Of a stretch of 64,000 nt of DNA, positions 1 through 43,009 are shown in pieces. The DNA is from Gordius albopunctatus (Eukaryota): assembly GCA_964276515.1 (NCBI GenBank), contig OZ193910.1, forward strand, positions 4,774,001-4,838,000, given 5' to 3'. Position 1 is the first letter of the stretch. Each line of letters begins with the position of its first letter. The position numbers and the translations under genes are program-made. A model generated the notes under the pieces. The model saw only the letters and a program-made list of their open reading frames with translations. It made no database searches and was not told where the DNA came from.

Positions 1-386
1 ATAAAAAATGCCTACATAATTAACAAAATTGAAGTTAATATTCCAATCGCCATTTCGCCCATCCTTAAATTATTACCCATTATTTTCCCTTCCCCCCAAC
101 CCAAATCCTCGCTAAGCCCACAAATTTATTCGTTTAAAGCTTAAGTTGCATGAACTAATAAATAAATGAGTGTTTACAAATTGCAAGTGGGCAATTAATC
201 GACCATATTAAGTATTTAAATATTTAATATATATATATATATAGATTATGAATGATTTAAATAAATAATGTGGTATTTCACTAGTATGTTGAAGATAAAA
301 TTTCATAGTAATTGCTGATTTCATCGTTAGCTTAATTATTTTCTGAAAAACGATCATCGCCGAGGCTTTTAATTATAACCTGCCCC

Positions 387-673
387 CAGTGGCGTAGCTA
401 GGGGGAGGCCCCCCAAGAGCAAAAACCGGGCCCCATGCCCCCCCCCCCCCAAGGGAAAAATCTTGGGCCCCCGAGCCCCTTCCGCCAATATTTTTTATCT
501 TAATTAAGAAACAATATAAAGATTATTATTTTTTTAATTGCATTTGACCCATGGTCGCATTTAGGTTTTGGATTGGGGGGGGGGCAAAACATAAATATTT
601 TTTATTCTTAAAGGTGGGCGTAGGGAATTTTTTTGCCCCCCCCCCCAAGGCAAAAAGGCTAGCTACGCCACTG
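387..673. mobile_element. hAT-type MITE
   Basis: 15-bp TIR CAGTGGCGTAGCTAG ... CTAGCTACGCCACTG; perfect 8-bp TSD CCTGCCCC (379-386 and 674-681). Confidence 0.9.
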
Positions 674-829
674 CCTGCCCCCAATACAAATTCTTGTAAA
701 CGTTATTCGAACTATTTAAAGGTGTGCAAATAAAAGGCATCTCTACATAAATATCGATAAAGTTGACAAGTATATTGATTATTCAATAACATGATTATTT
801 ATTTTACTTACATTACATAAACTCACCTA

Positions 830-3750
830 GCGCATTTAGTCTTCTCGGGATGTTTTTGTCGCACAGAACGAACACCTGTCAAGTCCCTCCACTTGAGCCA
901 TCCAGAATTTATCTTTGCTTAGATTTCTTTATCCATTCCACCATCCGATTGAAGCGTTGATCCTAAATATTTGAAGGAATCCACGCTTGTAAGTTGCTAA
1001 TTGCCTAAAGTAAGGGATGCACTTTGCTGGTTTTCATCCGATTTAAACTTTGTCTTCATGCAATCTGTTTTCTTTCGATTTACCTTGAGACCACTTTCTT
1101 CTATTGCATTTACCCATCTATTTACAGTATTAGCCAATTCTTGTTAACTTTTGGCACAGAAGATTATATCGTCTGCAAAGATCATTGCCCAAGGAGCTTC
1201 CTCGCCCAAGTCCTTGGTAATATTATCCATTATCATTATGAATAGGAAGGGACTAAGAGCTGAACCTTGATGGACTTCAGTATTAATGGCAAAGCCCTTT
1301 GTAGTCCCCACCGTTGTTCTAATGTACGTTCTATTTCCCTTGTACATATCTTTTATTGCTCTGACGTATACTTGTGGCACATTGTTCTCTTCAAGACATT
1401 TCCAAACTAAATTACGAGGAACTTTATCGAACGCCTTTTCTAGATCGATGAAACACATGTGCAAATCTTCTACCCTTTCTTTAAACCGTTCCATTAATCT
1501 TCTAACACTGTTTAGGGCGTCTTCTGTAGACCTCTCCGGCATAAATCCGAATTGGTTATCTCGAATTTGAACCAAACTCCGAAGCCGTTTTTCGATCACT
1601 TTTTTCCACGCCTTAAAAGTGTGACTCATAAACTTTATCCCTCTGTAATTGTTACAATCCTGAATGTCCTCTTTCATCTTGTATATCGGGATCATGTAGC
1701 TATCCCTCAACTCGTTAGGCATTTTACCCGTTTTCAAGAATTTGTTGAAAAGGTTGGCGAGGAATTGTGCACCAGTATTGCCTAACGCTTTGAAGCCCTC
1801 TGTTGGTATATTGTCGGGTCCAAGGGCTTTTCCTGGCTTTAGTTTACCCATAGCAACTTTGACTTCCGTTTCCGTGATCCAGTCCGCTGTGTTTAATTCT
1901 CCTATTGTGTTTTCCTGGTTAGTGTCTTCGATTACAGGCCCCTTTTCGATTGATAAATCGCTATAATAGTCGTACCATCTTTGTAGTATATGGCTGTCGT
2001 GTGTTAGTATTTCTCCCTTTTGACCCTTAATTAGCCGCCATTCTAGGTAATCTTTAGAATTTCTGGCCCTTGACTTTGCGATTTTGTAGATCAATCTTTC
2101 TCCTTCCTTTGAGTTAAGTTTTACATTTATATCGTCGTACACCTTGTTTTTAGCTTTCGCTACAAATATTTTAGCCGATCTTTTAGCTACTTGATAAGCT
2201 TGCTTATCATTGCTATCCTTGCTTTTATACCAAACTTTGTACAATCTCTTCTTTTCCTTGATACATTTTTGCACTTCTTCATTCCACCACCACGTCTCCT
2301 TGAGAATTCTTTTAGTGGGCTTGCTTTCACCTAGTATTTATCGTCCCGCTTTTCGCATTGTGGCATCTATACCATTCCATTGATCCTCACATGAAGTATT
2401 TTCCTTAAATTCAGCATGTTTAATTACTTGTTCCTTAAAATGTTGAATATTATCCTTTAGTTTCCTCCATTGTATAGTAGCGGCTACTCTTTGTACCTTT
2501 TGCCCTTTAAGGCCCTTTAATATAAAGTCCATCACCAACAGCTTGTTTTGGCAGGCCAATATTTCACTCGGTATTACCTTAACATTTTGAACATAATTTA
2601 AGTGCCCTCTGTTGACTAGAAAGAAATCTATCTGAGTGGTACGGCTGCCGCTTTTGTAGGTTATAAGGTGTTCCTGTCTCTTTTTGAAGAAGGTATTTCC
2701 TATTGCTAGGTCAAAAGCTGAGCAATTTCTAGAATTTCCGTACCTCCTTCATTTATTAGGCCGTAACCTCAACCACCGTGATTTCTTTAAAATCCTCCCC
2801 TTGATTTGACCACGTGTCCATTGAGTTCCGCTCCGATAATTATTACTCCCTCTTTACCGAATTGGGATAGAACATCTTCAAGCTCCTTCCAAAAACACTC
2901 TTTTTCCGTCTCAGAGCATCCACTTTGAGGGGCGTATGCTGATATAACGTTTATCGTAGTAGATTTATAATAAAGCCGTATCGCCATAATTCTGTCATTG
3001 ATTCTTTTAACGTCGACGACAGTTTGCTGAAATTCTTCCGATAACACTATATCGACGCCATTCCGGTGAGTTTCTGTACCATAAAAATATAATTTGTATC
3101 CGTCCCCTATGTATTTTGCTTTATGGCCCTTCCATTTGGTCTCTTGTATACACGCGATATCGATTTTTCTCCTCCTTAGAACGTCTGCCAATTCTCTGCT
3201 CTTGCTAGTCATTGTACCAATATTCCATGACCCAAACTTTATCCCGCGCAAACTAATGTCTTTAACCGCTTCCGTTTGTTGAGAGAGCGGTAACCTTCGT
3301 TTATTTCCCACACATTCCAGTCCAAGAATGGGCGCGTCGCTTAAGTGGGACGTCCTATGGTTTTCATTCTGCGTCTTTGTTGTAGTATACATTTTGGTTT
3401 ATATGGAATGAGGGAGTATTGATATCCCGGCCTTCCAAGCCTGACGGAACTTTGTTAGATTTTGGCGCTTGACTACTTAATATTCTTTATGATGCCGTCA
3501 TTTTGGTGAATTCAACTTTTCTTTAGATCACTCGTATTGATAGGCTTAATCTAGCACTTCCATTTCACTAGTACTCTCTCAAAAAGCCCAGAAATTTTAG
3601 TCTGACCCTTCACCAAGAACCTTGCCAATAGGGTAACCCCACCAGTAACAAACACAGAAATTGTGTTTGGCTACCAAAGGTATAGCTTCTTGGATCACGA
3701 GAGTACACAAGCTCAACCACCACTACAGGGTATTTCTGGCTCGGTTGAGT
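830..3750 (-). mobile_element. Decayed RTE-clade non-LTR retrotransposon (AP endonuclease + reverse transcriptase), 3' end missing
   Basis: ORF 2787-3392 has APE motifs (GSWNIGTM, IACIQET, ISAYAPQ). ORF 1144-2274 has RT motifs (KALGPDNIP, NYRGIK, QFGF, FIDLEKAFD, HQGSALSPFLF, FADD). FKYLGS continues near 960-980. Several stops and frameshifts; outer boundaries approximate. Confidence 0.9.
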
Positions 3751-4079
3751 CTTTACTTTGATAAACAAATTTAAAGTAAATTGAGGCTACGTAAGCGGCA
3801 AAATTTATCAAAACAGAAAACATATGAGGTGATAAATGTATATAATTGAATTTCTAATACAATAACGATTAATATCTTTTACTAAGCTTTAACGATTAAA
3901 ACCCTAACCGGGGTCAATTTGTACAGGGATTAATGTTATTTTCCTATTTATAGATGCTACCCCTTTGAAAGGCCTTTATACCAAGCTAAATTCATGTTAG
4001 TTTCAGACAATTTATTAATTAATTTATAAATGACATACAGATACAAAATAATTTAAAAGTCTTATTCTGACATTTTTTA

Positions 4080-4505
4080 GTTCAAAAGAATATTAAAATA
4101 TATTTATTCAGGAAAAATAATTCCCTTCTTTGACTGGACAGACATACTACAAATTTGCTACAAAGCAAGCCTTTTTTGAAACATGCATCTCCCTGAAGCT
4201 TTTATGAATTTCCATCTGTTCTTGATCATTTATTTTTTGCGAGCATAAAAATTTGCAATTTTTACAATCCTTAATTTTCTGAACACTTCTTTTTTCATAA
4301 ACTTTCCTATAATGTTGACATACTCTTCTCCCTTTCCCCTTTAATATTTTCTTTTCCTAGCCATAGTTTCAGTCATTAATTTTGTCTAATTTCTTTATTT
4401 AGGACTTTAAACCTATATTAAAGGTTATGGTTATCTTTTCTTTTTTTTTAAATAATTTTGCTTATCCCCATCCGAAATAGTTCTTATTCTATCAATGTTT
4501 GACAT
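4080..4505 (-). pseudogene. Degenerate DNA-transposase N-terminal fragment (Sola1-like Cys motif)
   Basis: Manual translation RGKGEEYVNIIGKFMKKRSVQKIKDCKNCKFLCSQKINDQEQMEIHKSF with flanking stops; family assignment from memory only. Confidence 0.35.
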
Positions 4506-5705
4506 GCCATAATGTGAAAAGTAATTGTAGAGAAATTATTCGAATATAAAAGCAGACGATTTGTTCACGTGATTAAATGAGCGCTTCCGATTGGGTAACC
4601 GCAGATAGCACAAACAAATTATAAAAAATATTGACATTCGCGATTTAAGCGAAATAACAAATAAGTGCCTTAATAGCGAAGCCAAAAAAATGTTATACAT
4701 TATTTAAAAAGTTTATGATAGAATATATAAAAATCTACCTAATAGCAATTTTACTTTAAAATTTTCAAAAATCGCAGATAGAGCACTCCAATTCTCAGGT
4801 AGCGATAGGGCATATCATTTTTTTGTGGACAAAAAAAGCACCAGGATCGGACCGAGCTAAAAGTAATGAGCAACAAATTGCAGGCTTATGCTTAATATAT
4901 GATTAAACAGTTGTTATTAATTAATAACAATGTTAGAACGTGCATACCCCGCCCGTGCAATGTGAAAAATACACTAAGGTTACTTCCCAACTCACAACAA
5001 ATACGGTTAAGGAAATTAGTTGTTGAAAGAATGCGAATAACGTGCTGTAATGTGGGAACGTGTTGACGGGGAAGAGCATCGAGGTCGCACGAATGCTAAA
5101 AAGAAGAAAGGTAGGGGAGACCGGGGCCTAAATAGCCATAAAAAATTAAATCACTTTAAAAAAACTAATGAAGATTTTTATAATTTTTTTATTGGAATAC
5201 ATTTTTATAGTCTATTTCTATTATAGGAAAGAAAATTGAGAAAAAAGAGCGTATAGTTTTTTTATAAATTGAGTTCAAAAAAATCAAAATCCTAAAAATT
5301 TCAAAAGTGCCCGGGGTTAGTTATAGCTCTGTTCAGGGGATAGATTAACCCTGACGTTTTAACTTCTTAATAGTGTATGCTAACTTAAATCAATAAAAAT
5401 ATTGTTACATTATATAAAACATAGAAAATTTAAATGTAATATGATTGTATTTTATATAATAAAAATAAAAAAAGTGTCAAGATGACAATCTGACTTAAGT
5501 ACACCTAAAAGACATATTCTGCTATGTAAATAAGCTTTTAGTCGTTTTTTTAAGTATAATCATAGTCTATTTCTATTCCTAATTACACTAAGTTGAATTA
5601 TAAACAAGATTTTTGTTTTTAAATTTTTTCATTTGTAAGGCCCAATGAAAAATGGCTATAACTAGCCCCTCTCCGACTAGCCCCTACCCCTATTTTTATG
5701 AACAA

Positions 5706-5948
5706 CTAGCTGTGCCCGGCCAAGCGTTGCTTTGGCTTAGTCCTTAAGTGGTTAAATAAGTATAACCTATTAATAAGACTTATCTAAAATGGGATCATAT
5801 AAATAATTTACCGGCCCGTTAGCGGGGAAAGCGAGGAGGTAAAACGTGGCCTAGGCTACGGACAATTTTTCCCGGAGGGCCGTTTGAGTTACCTTTCATT
5901 ATGGTGAAAGGAAACAAAACACATATTAATGACATTTACTTATATAGA
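5706..5948 (-). mobile_element. Non-autonomous Helitron (about 243 bp)
   Basis: On the - strand it begins TC(TATATA), ends with hairpin GCCAAAGCAACGCTTGGC then CTAG, and sits between A and T with no TSD; its 3' 180 bp match 7675-7858. Confidence 0.85.
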
Positions 5949-6909
5949 TGCTATGTTTCGATATTAGTTATTTGGCTTTACGTTTTATGGATATTAGATC
6001 AATTTCATTATAATTTAAAATATGACCCATTTTACATTTGTTGTAAAGTTCCTATATTTCATACATGGGTATAGCCAAGGGGGGCAGAGAGAGGCGGTTG
6101 CTTTCTTCTAAATCCAAAAATTTGCTAAAATTCCAAAAAATGATCATTTTGCCCTAGATGCACATATCAAAACGTTGTAAAAACAACAATAAAAGCAGCA
6201 TAATTACCTTCCAATTCCAAATAACTTTGCCATTAAATAGTTATTTATCGAATACAGTATAGGTTCGTGTATTTATTTTATATTTCACAATTATGGAAAT
6301 ATAATAAATTTAAATGCACCTGCCAACCCAGCGTATAATGTGAAAAGTAATGCATATGACAAAACTATGTATTCCCATAATGTCTTATAAATTCAAAAAT
6401 TTGGGAGGTATGCTATTAGTTGAAGCATAAAAAACTTTTAAAAAATCCATGATTTAGATTTAATCTTTTACGGTATCATTAAATACTCTATTGTACTTTT
6501 GAAATCGTTAGGCGGGTGCTCAAAATCTAGACCTACTTTTTCAAACTGATTGACTACCAATTTATAATTACCGCATTATGCAGGATGAGTAACTGCAAAA
6601 TATAAATACGCTTTAGTAATATTTAGTAGTCCATCAGAACTCATTCTAAGCCTAAAATTTCTTTAATATTTAACAGTGCTATGGATACAAATAAGTGATA
6701 AAGATATTATAAATTTATTAACATACCCTATGTCAACCTTACTTAGGTAAATGATTGCTAAATTTTAAATTTTTTGCAAAAATATGATATTTACTACATT
6801 TAGTAATTTTTTTAATATCAAATTTATTCTATACATATTGATTTACATTTAATACCTTAAATGTAAATCATGCAAATCAAAATACACAATAATTTACTAA
6901 AATCTAACG

Positions 6910-7041
6910 ATCAATAAAAAGTCGAGATCTCGCCGAAAAAATCTCGTCTCGATCTCGACTCCATTTTTCGAATTCTCGTCTCGTCTCGGTTTTTCGAGAC
7001 GAGATGAGACCGAGATTTTTCTCGGTTTTTCCGCATCACTA
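6910..7041. mobile_element. hAT-MITE end (TAGTGATGCGG family) abutting the Helitron helicase
   Basis: Ends CCGCATCACTA with subterminal TCTCG/CGAGA repeats; the same terminus recurs at 43921 in the opposite orientation. Confidence 0.6.
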
Positions 7042-7858
7042 CACCTTCGGGTCTCCCACCACATAAATTAACCTTGAAACCTGGTTGCCCTATAATACTC
7101 CTGCGTAACTTACATCCCCCGAGGTTGTGTAATGGCACCAGACTTGCCGTAAAACAACTGCGTCCAAATGTTATTGCGGCTACTATAATCAGCGGAACTT
7201 ATAAAGTCGAGGACGTGATGATCCCACGCATCCCCATGATCCCTACCGATGTGCCCTTTGAATTCAAGCGCGTACAGTTTCCTGTACGCCTAGCATTCGC
7301 AATGACAATCAATAAAGCTCAGGGTCAATCATTAACCGTTGTTGGCTTAAATCTAGAAAATCCATGTTTTTCGCATGGCCAACTATATGTAGCCTGCTCC
7401 CGTGTAGGCACACCTAGCAACCTATTTATTTTCGCCCAGGAGGGTAAAACCAAAAATGTTGCATATCCTATGTCCTTGCAATGATCCGGCGATGGCATTT
7501 GATGCCATATTTCCACATAAACCAAGGAACCGCTACTTCGTTTCACACCCGTCATCACCTACCTTTCGTGTTAAATTTTTTGCTACATCGATGTGCATAT
7601 TCCCATAGTCCCGTATTGGAAAATACCACCAGTATTTATGTCTCCAATCCACTAAAATCTTTTTACCCAGCTTCCACTCAAACGGCCCTCCGGGAAAAAC
7701 TGTCCTTAGCCTAGGCCACGTTTTACCTCCTCGCCTTCCCCGCTAACGCGCCAGTAAATTATTTCATATATGGCCCGATTTTAGATAAGTCTTATTAATA
7801 GGTTATATTTATTTAACCACGGACTGAGCCAAAGCAACTCTTGGCCGGGCACATCTAG
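7042..7858 (+). mobile_element. Helitron 3' fragment encoding PIF1-type helicase C-terminus
   Basis: PSGLPPHKLTLKPGCPIILLRNL..LCNGTRL..RVQFPVRLAFAMTINKAQGQSL..FSHGQLYVACSRV (ORF 7074-7484); 3' hairpin 7828-7845 and CTAG end at 7858 followed by T. Confidence 0.9.
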
Positions 7859-8009
7859 TATTTTTATATAATTACATATAGTATCTAAAAATTCATAACA
7901 ATCAATTTCAATATTTTTATAAAAAGTTTGTAGGTGTATCACTTTTTAGCCTTTTTTGAACTAAGAATAAAATTTGCTGGAGGAAGGGCCTGTTCCATAA
8001 AATTTAGGG

Positions 8010-9523
8010 CAAGGGCGTAGCCAGGATTTGCTAGAGGGGGGGGGTTTAAAATTTTTGAAGCCATATTTTTTTTGGAAGTAATTTTATTTTCGACATATAT
8101 TATTGAAAGTAAAGTAAAAATACAACAAAAATAAATTATAATATAACAAAATATTTAAAAACTATAAACAATTAATATCGACGTTTTTTAGATAAAAATG
8201 CATTAATAATATCTTCTGTTTTGGGCGTATATTGTCTATGTACATTTAACAAGGTTAATCCAGTAAGCCTAAATTAAAAATTAGTAAAACCATTTAATTT
8301 ACCTTTCTTGTCCCATTGTGTTCCTGAGGTAAGTTTTTAGTCTTTTTAAAGCTGAAAAACATCTCTCATTAGAGCATGTTGTAACGGGGAGTGTGGCTAA
8401 AATATGGTATAATGTTTTTATATTTGGATGTAATTTTAATTTGGACGCATGATTGGTTAATGTTTCCAATGCATTGGTAGGCAATTTCTCTAATTCACAG
8501 TCCTTGAATGACTGATACCACAATTTAATTCAAGATCTTCTTCATAAAAATTTGCCAATTGAAGAAAGTTATTTAATATCTCTGTTGAAAGCATGACAGG
8601 GGCCTTAATTAGAAGGGAATCAAATCCCAAAAGTATTTGCTTGTTTTTTAGAAACCTTTCATCAAGTTCCACCAAAACCGCATTAAAAAGGAGTTATACA
8701 ACGAAACTCTGTAATAAGTTTCTGGGCAAGATGCTTCAATGTTTGAACGAAGAGGTTGTCGTGAGGCTCTCCTAGGAATAGTTCTCCCTTTCTTAAAAGT
8801 TAAATTCATCGTGGAATCGTACCGGTGGTTTTAATATTCTTGTTGGACGTCGCAATATATGGGGATTTTCAACTCCTTCTATGTTTTGTTCCAAACCTGT
8901 TGTCGCAGTCTCTAAACTTGGCATAAACTGTGATCGCAGCCTAAACTTCATTTGATCAGCATGTTTTCTTTTGATTCCACCGTCTGTCCGGACATTATAG
9001 GAATATTGGCCCTTCCGTTCTCCAATAATACCTTTGTACCATCCCGGCTTCATTTCGTTGTGAATCCATACTGGATCTCCAACCTCAAATTCTCTATAAC
9101 ATATTTTCTGATCATGATATGTTTTCTGCTTCCATATCTTCTCCCTTATTACGTTTCTTAAATCCGGCTTTATTAAATCCAGTGCGGTTTGTAATCTCCT
9201 TCCTAAAAGTAATTCGGATGGGGTTTTTCCCGTCGTCGCTTCTTCATAATAAGGCGCGGAACTTAAATTTACAAATAAGATCAGTTTGGAAGCTTTTAAT
9301 CAAAAATACAATTTCCGAAATTCAAAATTTATTAACTTGTCGACTTAATTTTTTAACATATATATATAAATATAAACGCAGCACTTGACACTAGCTAAAT
9401 TAATTATAATTATGATTATCAATAATTTTGTGTTGTGTTTTGAAAAAAAATAATATCCAGGAGGAGGGGGGGGGGGGTTCAAACCCGAAAACCCCCCCCC
9501 CCCCCCCCTTCCCTACGCGCTTG
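8010..9523 (-). mobile_element. Internally deleted hAT transposon with C-terminal dimerisation-domain remnant
   Basis: TIR CAAGGGCGTAG/CTACGCGCTTG; perfect 8-bp TSD ATTTAGGG (8002-8009, 9524-9531); ORF 8299-8523 ILATLPVTTCSNERCFSALKRLKTYLRNTMGQER, continued after a 34-nt intron by LTGLTLLNVHR. Confidence 0.9.
8700..9290 (-). mobile_element. Ty3/Gypsy integrase C-terminal fragment with polypurine tract, inside the hAT element
   Basis: ATTGKTPSELLLGRRLQTALDLIKP (about 9165-9240), then WYKGIIGERKGQYSYNV..KHADQMK..RRPTRILKPPVRF; AAGAAAGGGAGAA purine tract right after the stop. Confidence 0.7.
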
Positions 9524-10149
9524 ATTTAGGGCATTATTGTTAGAATCTATTTACAATAAATTTAATAGTTAATAGTAACTAACAGTTAATTTCTATGATA
9601 ATCAATCATGATGTGACATTACTTGGTATTAAATCATCCATTGAGTTTAATAAAATTGCACCTTGACTAGAATCTTAAAAAAATCTCAAAAAATTATAGA
9701 CATATCTTACTTTCTTGATTTTCTATGGGTGTAAAGATATTTTCTATAACCATAACACTTGTTGTTTTTTCATTCAAAGCTAAATTTGTATTAAAAAACT
9801 TTTAAGTTTCTTACTTTGGAAATTTTGTTTTTGTATACAATTTCGGGAATGTTCTGATGTTATAAAATTATTATATCTAAGGACAGCTCTTCCTGGGCAT
9901 TTACATATATTGTAGTGCCTGCACTTATAGTATACTTGTCCCATCTTACCTGCTCTGATCTTGATATAGTCAAACTTTTTGAAATTGACTATATCATTTT
10001 TTCTATTAGTTTTTTAAAACCTATAACAATATGTGTATACTTGCATAATAAAGCTTACTTATATTCTCTTTGTTATCTTGATTTTCAATAGTTAAAGAGT
10101 TTTCCAAATTTTCCATATGTTGAAATTGGCGGAAAAACGTAGTTTCAAA

Positions 10150-10188
10150 ATTCGGGATTCTGCGTTTTCGGGATTATGCGGGGTAACC
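10150..10188 (-). mobile_element. Probable Mutator-like (MULE) terminus
   Basis: Reverse complement GGTTACCCCGCATAATCCCGAAAACGCAGAATCCCGAA with repeated AATCCCGAA, just upstream of the FLYWCH-like ATG; similar remnant at 10779-10805; partner end not found. Confidence 0.4.
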
Positions 10189-10855
10189 ATTGAGTTTATA
10201 TAGTTATTATAAAATACATAATCATTATTATTGGAAAATCGATAATATTCTTGGAAGATCTAAATTAATCGATGAGCTTCCATAAAGATCAATTATTTTT
10301 TGGGAAGACTTAAATATATCTATGATCTTCTGAGAACATCTAAATATATCAATAAGTTTCAAGGAAGATCTATCAATCGACTTCATAGTGTGCGATCTTC
10401 TAGGAAAAGAAATTCAAATGTGTGATTAACTTATTTCTGTTGATGTCACTACACAAATCTACTTTGTGAGTTTTCAACTAGTGCAGGAGTTGGTTGATAA
10501 TCACCCTGTGTATGCCTTATTATTGTAGAGATGTTTTCAACAAGTTTGGTATTTGTTCCATTTAGTTTTTCATTTGATGCTAAATTTCATAAATAAAGCT
10601 ATATTATGTTACTTGGTGCAGGGGTTAATTAAATCTGATTCTTACATAGGTAAAGTTTGCACCCAAATCTAGCTCTTGAATTGATTGAAAGTACATAATA
10701 TTATCGCTGATATGATAAAACTTTAAAATTAAAAAATATATAGAAATTTGAAAATCGTAGCAATAGCATTATTTTAGCTTCGGGATTGTGCGTTTCGGGA
10801 TTTTGCCTATATCACTACAAAACATCGTGGTTAAAAACTTTTAAAGATTTTATTC

Positions 10856-40818
<29,963 letters not shown>

Positions 40819-41962
40819 CAGAATTGCAATTCTTCATATAAATTTGTTATTTTATAATTTTGCGAAAACTTATGTCATATTCTTTATAAAAACCTTTTTA
40901 AATTGATATTTTTTTGCAATAAATTGGCCAAACTCGCGCGATGCAATGTGTTTTAAAGTTGTTTAAAGCCTACATTTTTTGGACAACTTATTTTAAACCT
41001 TAATTTATAGCTTAAGGAAACCCATCATGTAAAATTAGTTGAACGTTGGTATTAAGGCTTGCGGTATATTAAAATACAAAAAAATATTATCATTAACTAC
41101 AGTTTTAAGACACGTTTTGTTGGAGCCCAGCGGCCTGAATTTATAACACACTAATTAGATGCGCAAGGTTTCGAAATTTTATGTTTAAAAACGTATGAGT
41201 ATTAATTGTTTTAATTATTTTTTATTTAATGTTGTTTTGTAATTTAAACTGCTGGAATGTAAATTTGTGAAGAATCGTTTTGATTTAAGCTTAAAAATAT
41301 TTGTGCATTGATGTAGCATTTAAAATAGCGCGCAGGAACCAAAGCTAAAACAAAATTTTTAATTACTATTTCTCACGGTTTTAGGCGTATAGTGCGATGC
41401 ATTTGCTCTTAAGATGAAATTTGGATAATAGCATACTATTTAAGGTAAACATTTAAAGCCATAGTTAGGGACAACATATTTGTGTATAAAACTATTTTTC
41501 ATTTTGGGGGAGATTGGGACTACTTATTGCCCGGGGTATCTTTGTAATTATTTTTACAAATGATAATTATAAGGAAATTATGTATTTTTCATTAGGGATA
41601 GAAAATTTATTGTTTAGAAAAAGGGAAAATTTTATTGGGCAAACTATAGTAGCTTTTGAAACCGACCATTTTGATTTGCTTATAATAATCAAAATTACCT
41701 GTCAATTTGATTAATATTTATCTACTAACATGGGTAACATTAAGTGTATAGCACATTTTGCGTTTTACCTCGCTTTTACCAACTATATTGGGATAATATG
41801 TCTCCCGAAAAAATTATATATATTCATGGGCCTAGCCAGGGGAGGGGCCGCCCCACCCCCTAAATGACAAAAAAATATACAATGCAAAAACCCTTTAAAA
41901 TTAAAAAAAACTATCTTTTGCCCCCCCCCCCCAATCCAAAACCGGGTTACACCCATTTACAT

Positions 41963-43009
41963 TAGAGGTGTATTTGATCCGATCCGAGGGGTTTTTGGAA
42001 AATTTTATATCCATCCGATCCGAGTTTTTTAAAATCTAAATCCGATCCGAAACTTTTAAATTAAAATTTTACGAACAGAACTTTTTATTGATGATTAAAT
42101 TAAAAATACATAAAAATAAGGTATAGCAATTTTAATAGACCTGAAATAAATATAAAATTTTATTTGACTAATTCCATATTATCATATAAAAATAATAAAG
42201 AATCTCGTTAACGATTTAAAACGGTCGAATATATTTTAAAATAAAATAAATTATATGCTTTTCAAAAAAAAATTTTAATTTTGTGATTTCAACGAGAGGT
42301 TTGGTAACAAATTTGTCAATTGTATTTTTAGCTGAAGTTTTTGGAATACATTTATGATGCAAAAGATGGGAACTACCTCGAATGGAATTATATGTGTAGA
42401 TATGATGGCATTTCTTGCAGATAACATAACTGGTGTATCTATCATTTTCATTTAGAAGGTCAAAGTAACTCCAAATTTGACTTTTTCCATCTTTTTTTTT
42501 AACTTGTTGAATCATATTTCTTTAAAATTCTTTTATTATTACTTCCATGATGGTTTTTAATATGATAAACTATAGAAAGGAGCTACGTGTGTGCTTTAAG
42601 GAAAGGGGAGATTGTGATTGATGATTTTCGGAGTTGAGTTGAGATAGAAAGAGACGCGTGTGCTAAAAAGGAAACGGGAGATGCTGATTTATCATTGACA
42701 CTAGCTCCTTTCTCGCCAAACAAGAAAGTCTAGCTAGGGAAAAACGCTAAGGAAATACTGATAAATATGTTAGCGTAAGTAAGGTGGTATTGGGCATCAA
42801 AAATGGTAAAGTAAAAAAAGAATGCAAAGATAATTATGAAAAGGTATACTAAAAATTATTAATTTAATTAATTAGAACCTATTATTTTTATTTTAAATTT
42901 GCAAATCCAATCCGACTAAAAGAAAATGTTGATCCCATCCGATCCGACTACCAAAATTAAAATGTTGATCCGAGTTCGGACGGATCGGATTGATCCGTGC
43001 ACACCTCTA
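41963..43009 (-). mobile_element. Internally deleted hAT transposon retaining a BED zinc finger
   Basis: TIR TAGAGGTGT/ACACCTCTA; TSD ATTTACAT/ATGTACAT; ATCCG subterminal repeats; ORF 42216-42515 KSQIWSYF..VICKKCHHIYTYNSIRGSSHLLHHKC. Confidence 0.85.

Larger units (their letters stand above)
7939..10116 (-). pseudogene. Spliced FLYWCH-type zinc-finger gene (probably MULE-associated), last exon interrupted by a hAT insertion
   Basis: Short exons joined by phase-1 GT-AG introns give MENLENSLTIENQDNKENI..NDIVNFKKFDYIKIRAGKMGQVYYKCRHYNICKCPGRAVLRYNNFITSEHSRNC..; one frameshift in an A6 run near 10012; removing 8010-9523 plus one TSD restores NSNNNALNFMEQALPPANFILSSKKAKK*. Confidence 0.55.

Noticed and set aside
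1286..1966. + strand ORFs over the RTE element, and other antisense ORFs such as 18440-18745, 22520-22729, 37321-37593, 51366-51967
   Set aside because: Shadow frames of real coding sequence on the opposite strand
9919..9949. Apparent 31-nt intron
   Set aside because: Reading through it gives the better YYKCRHY zinc-finger frame
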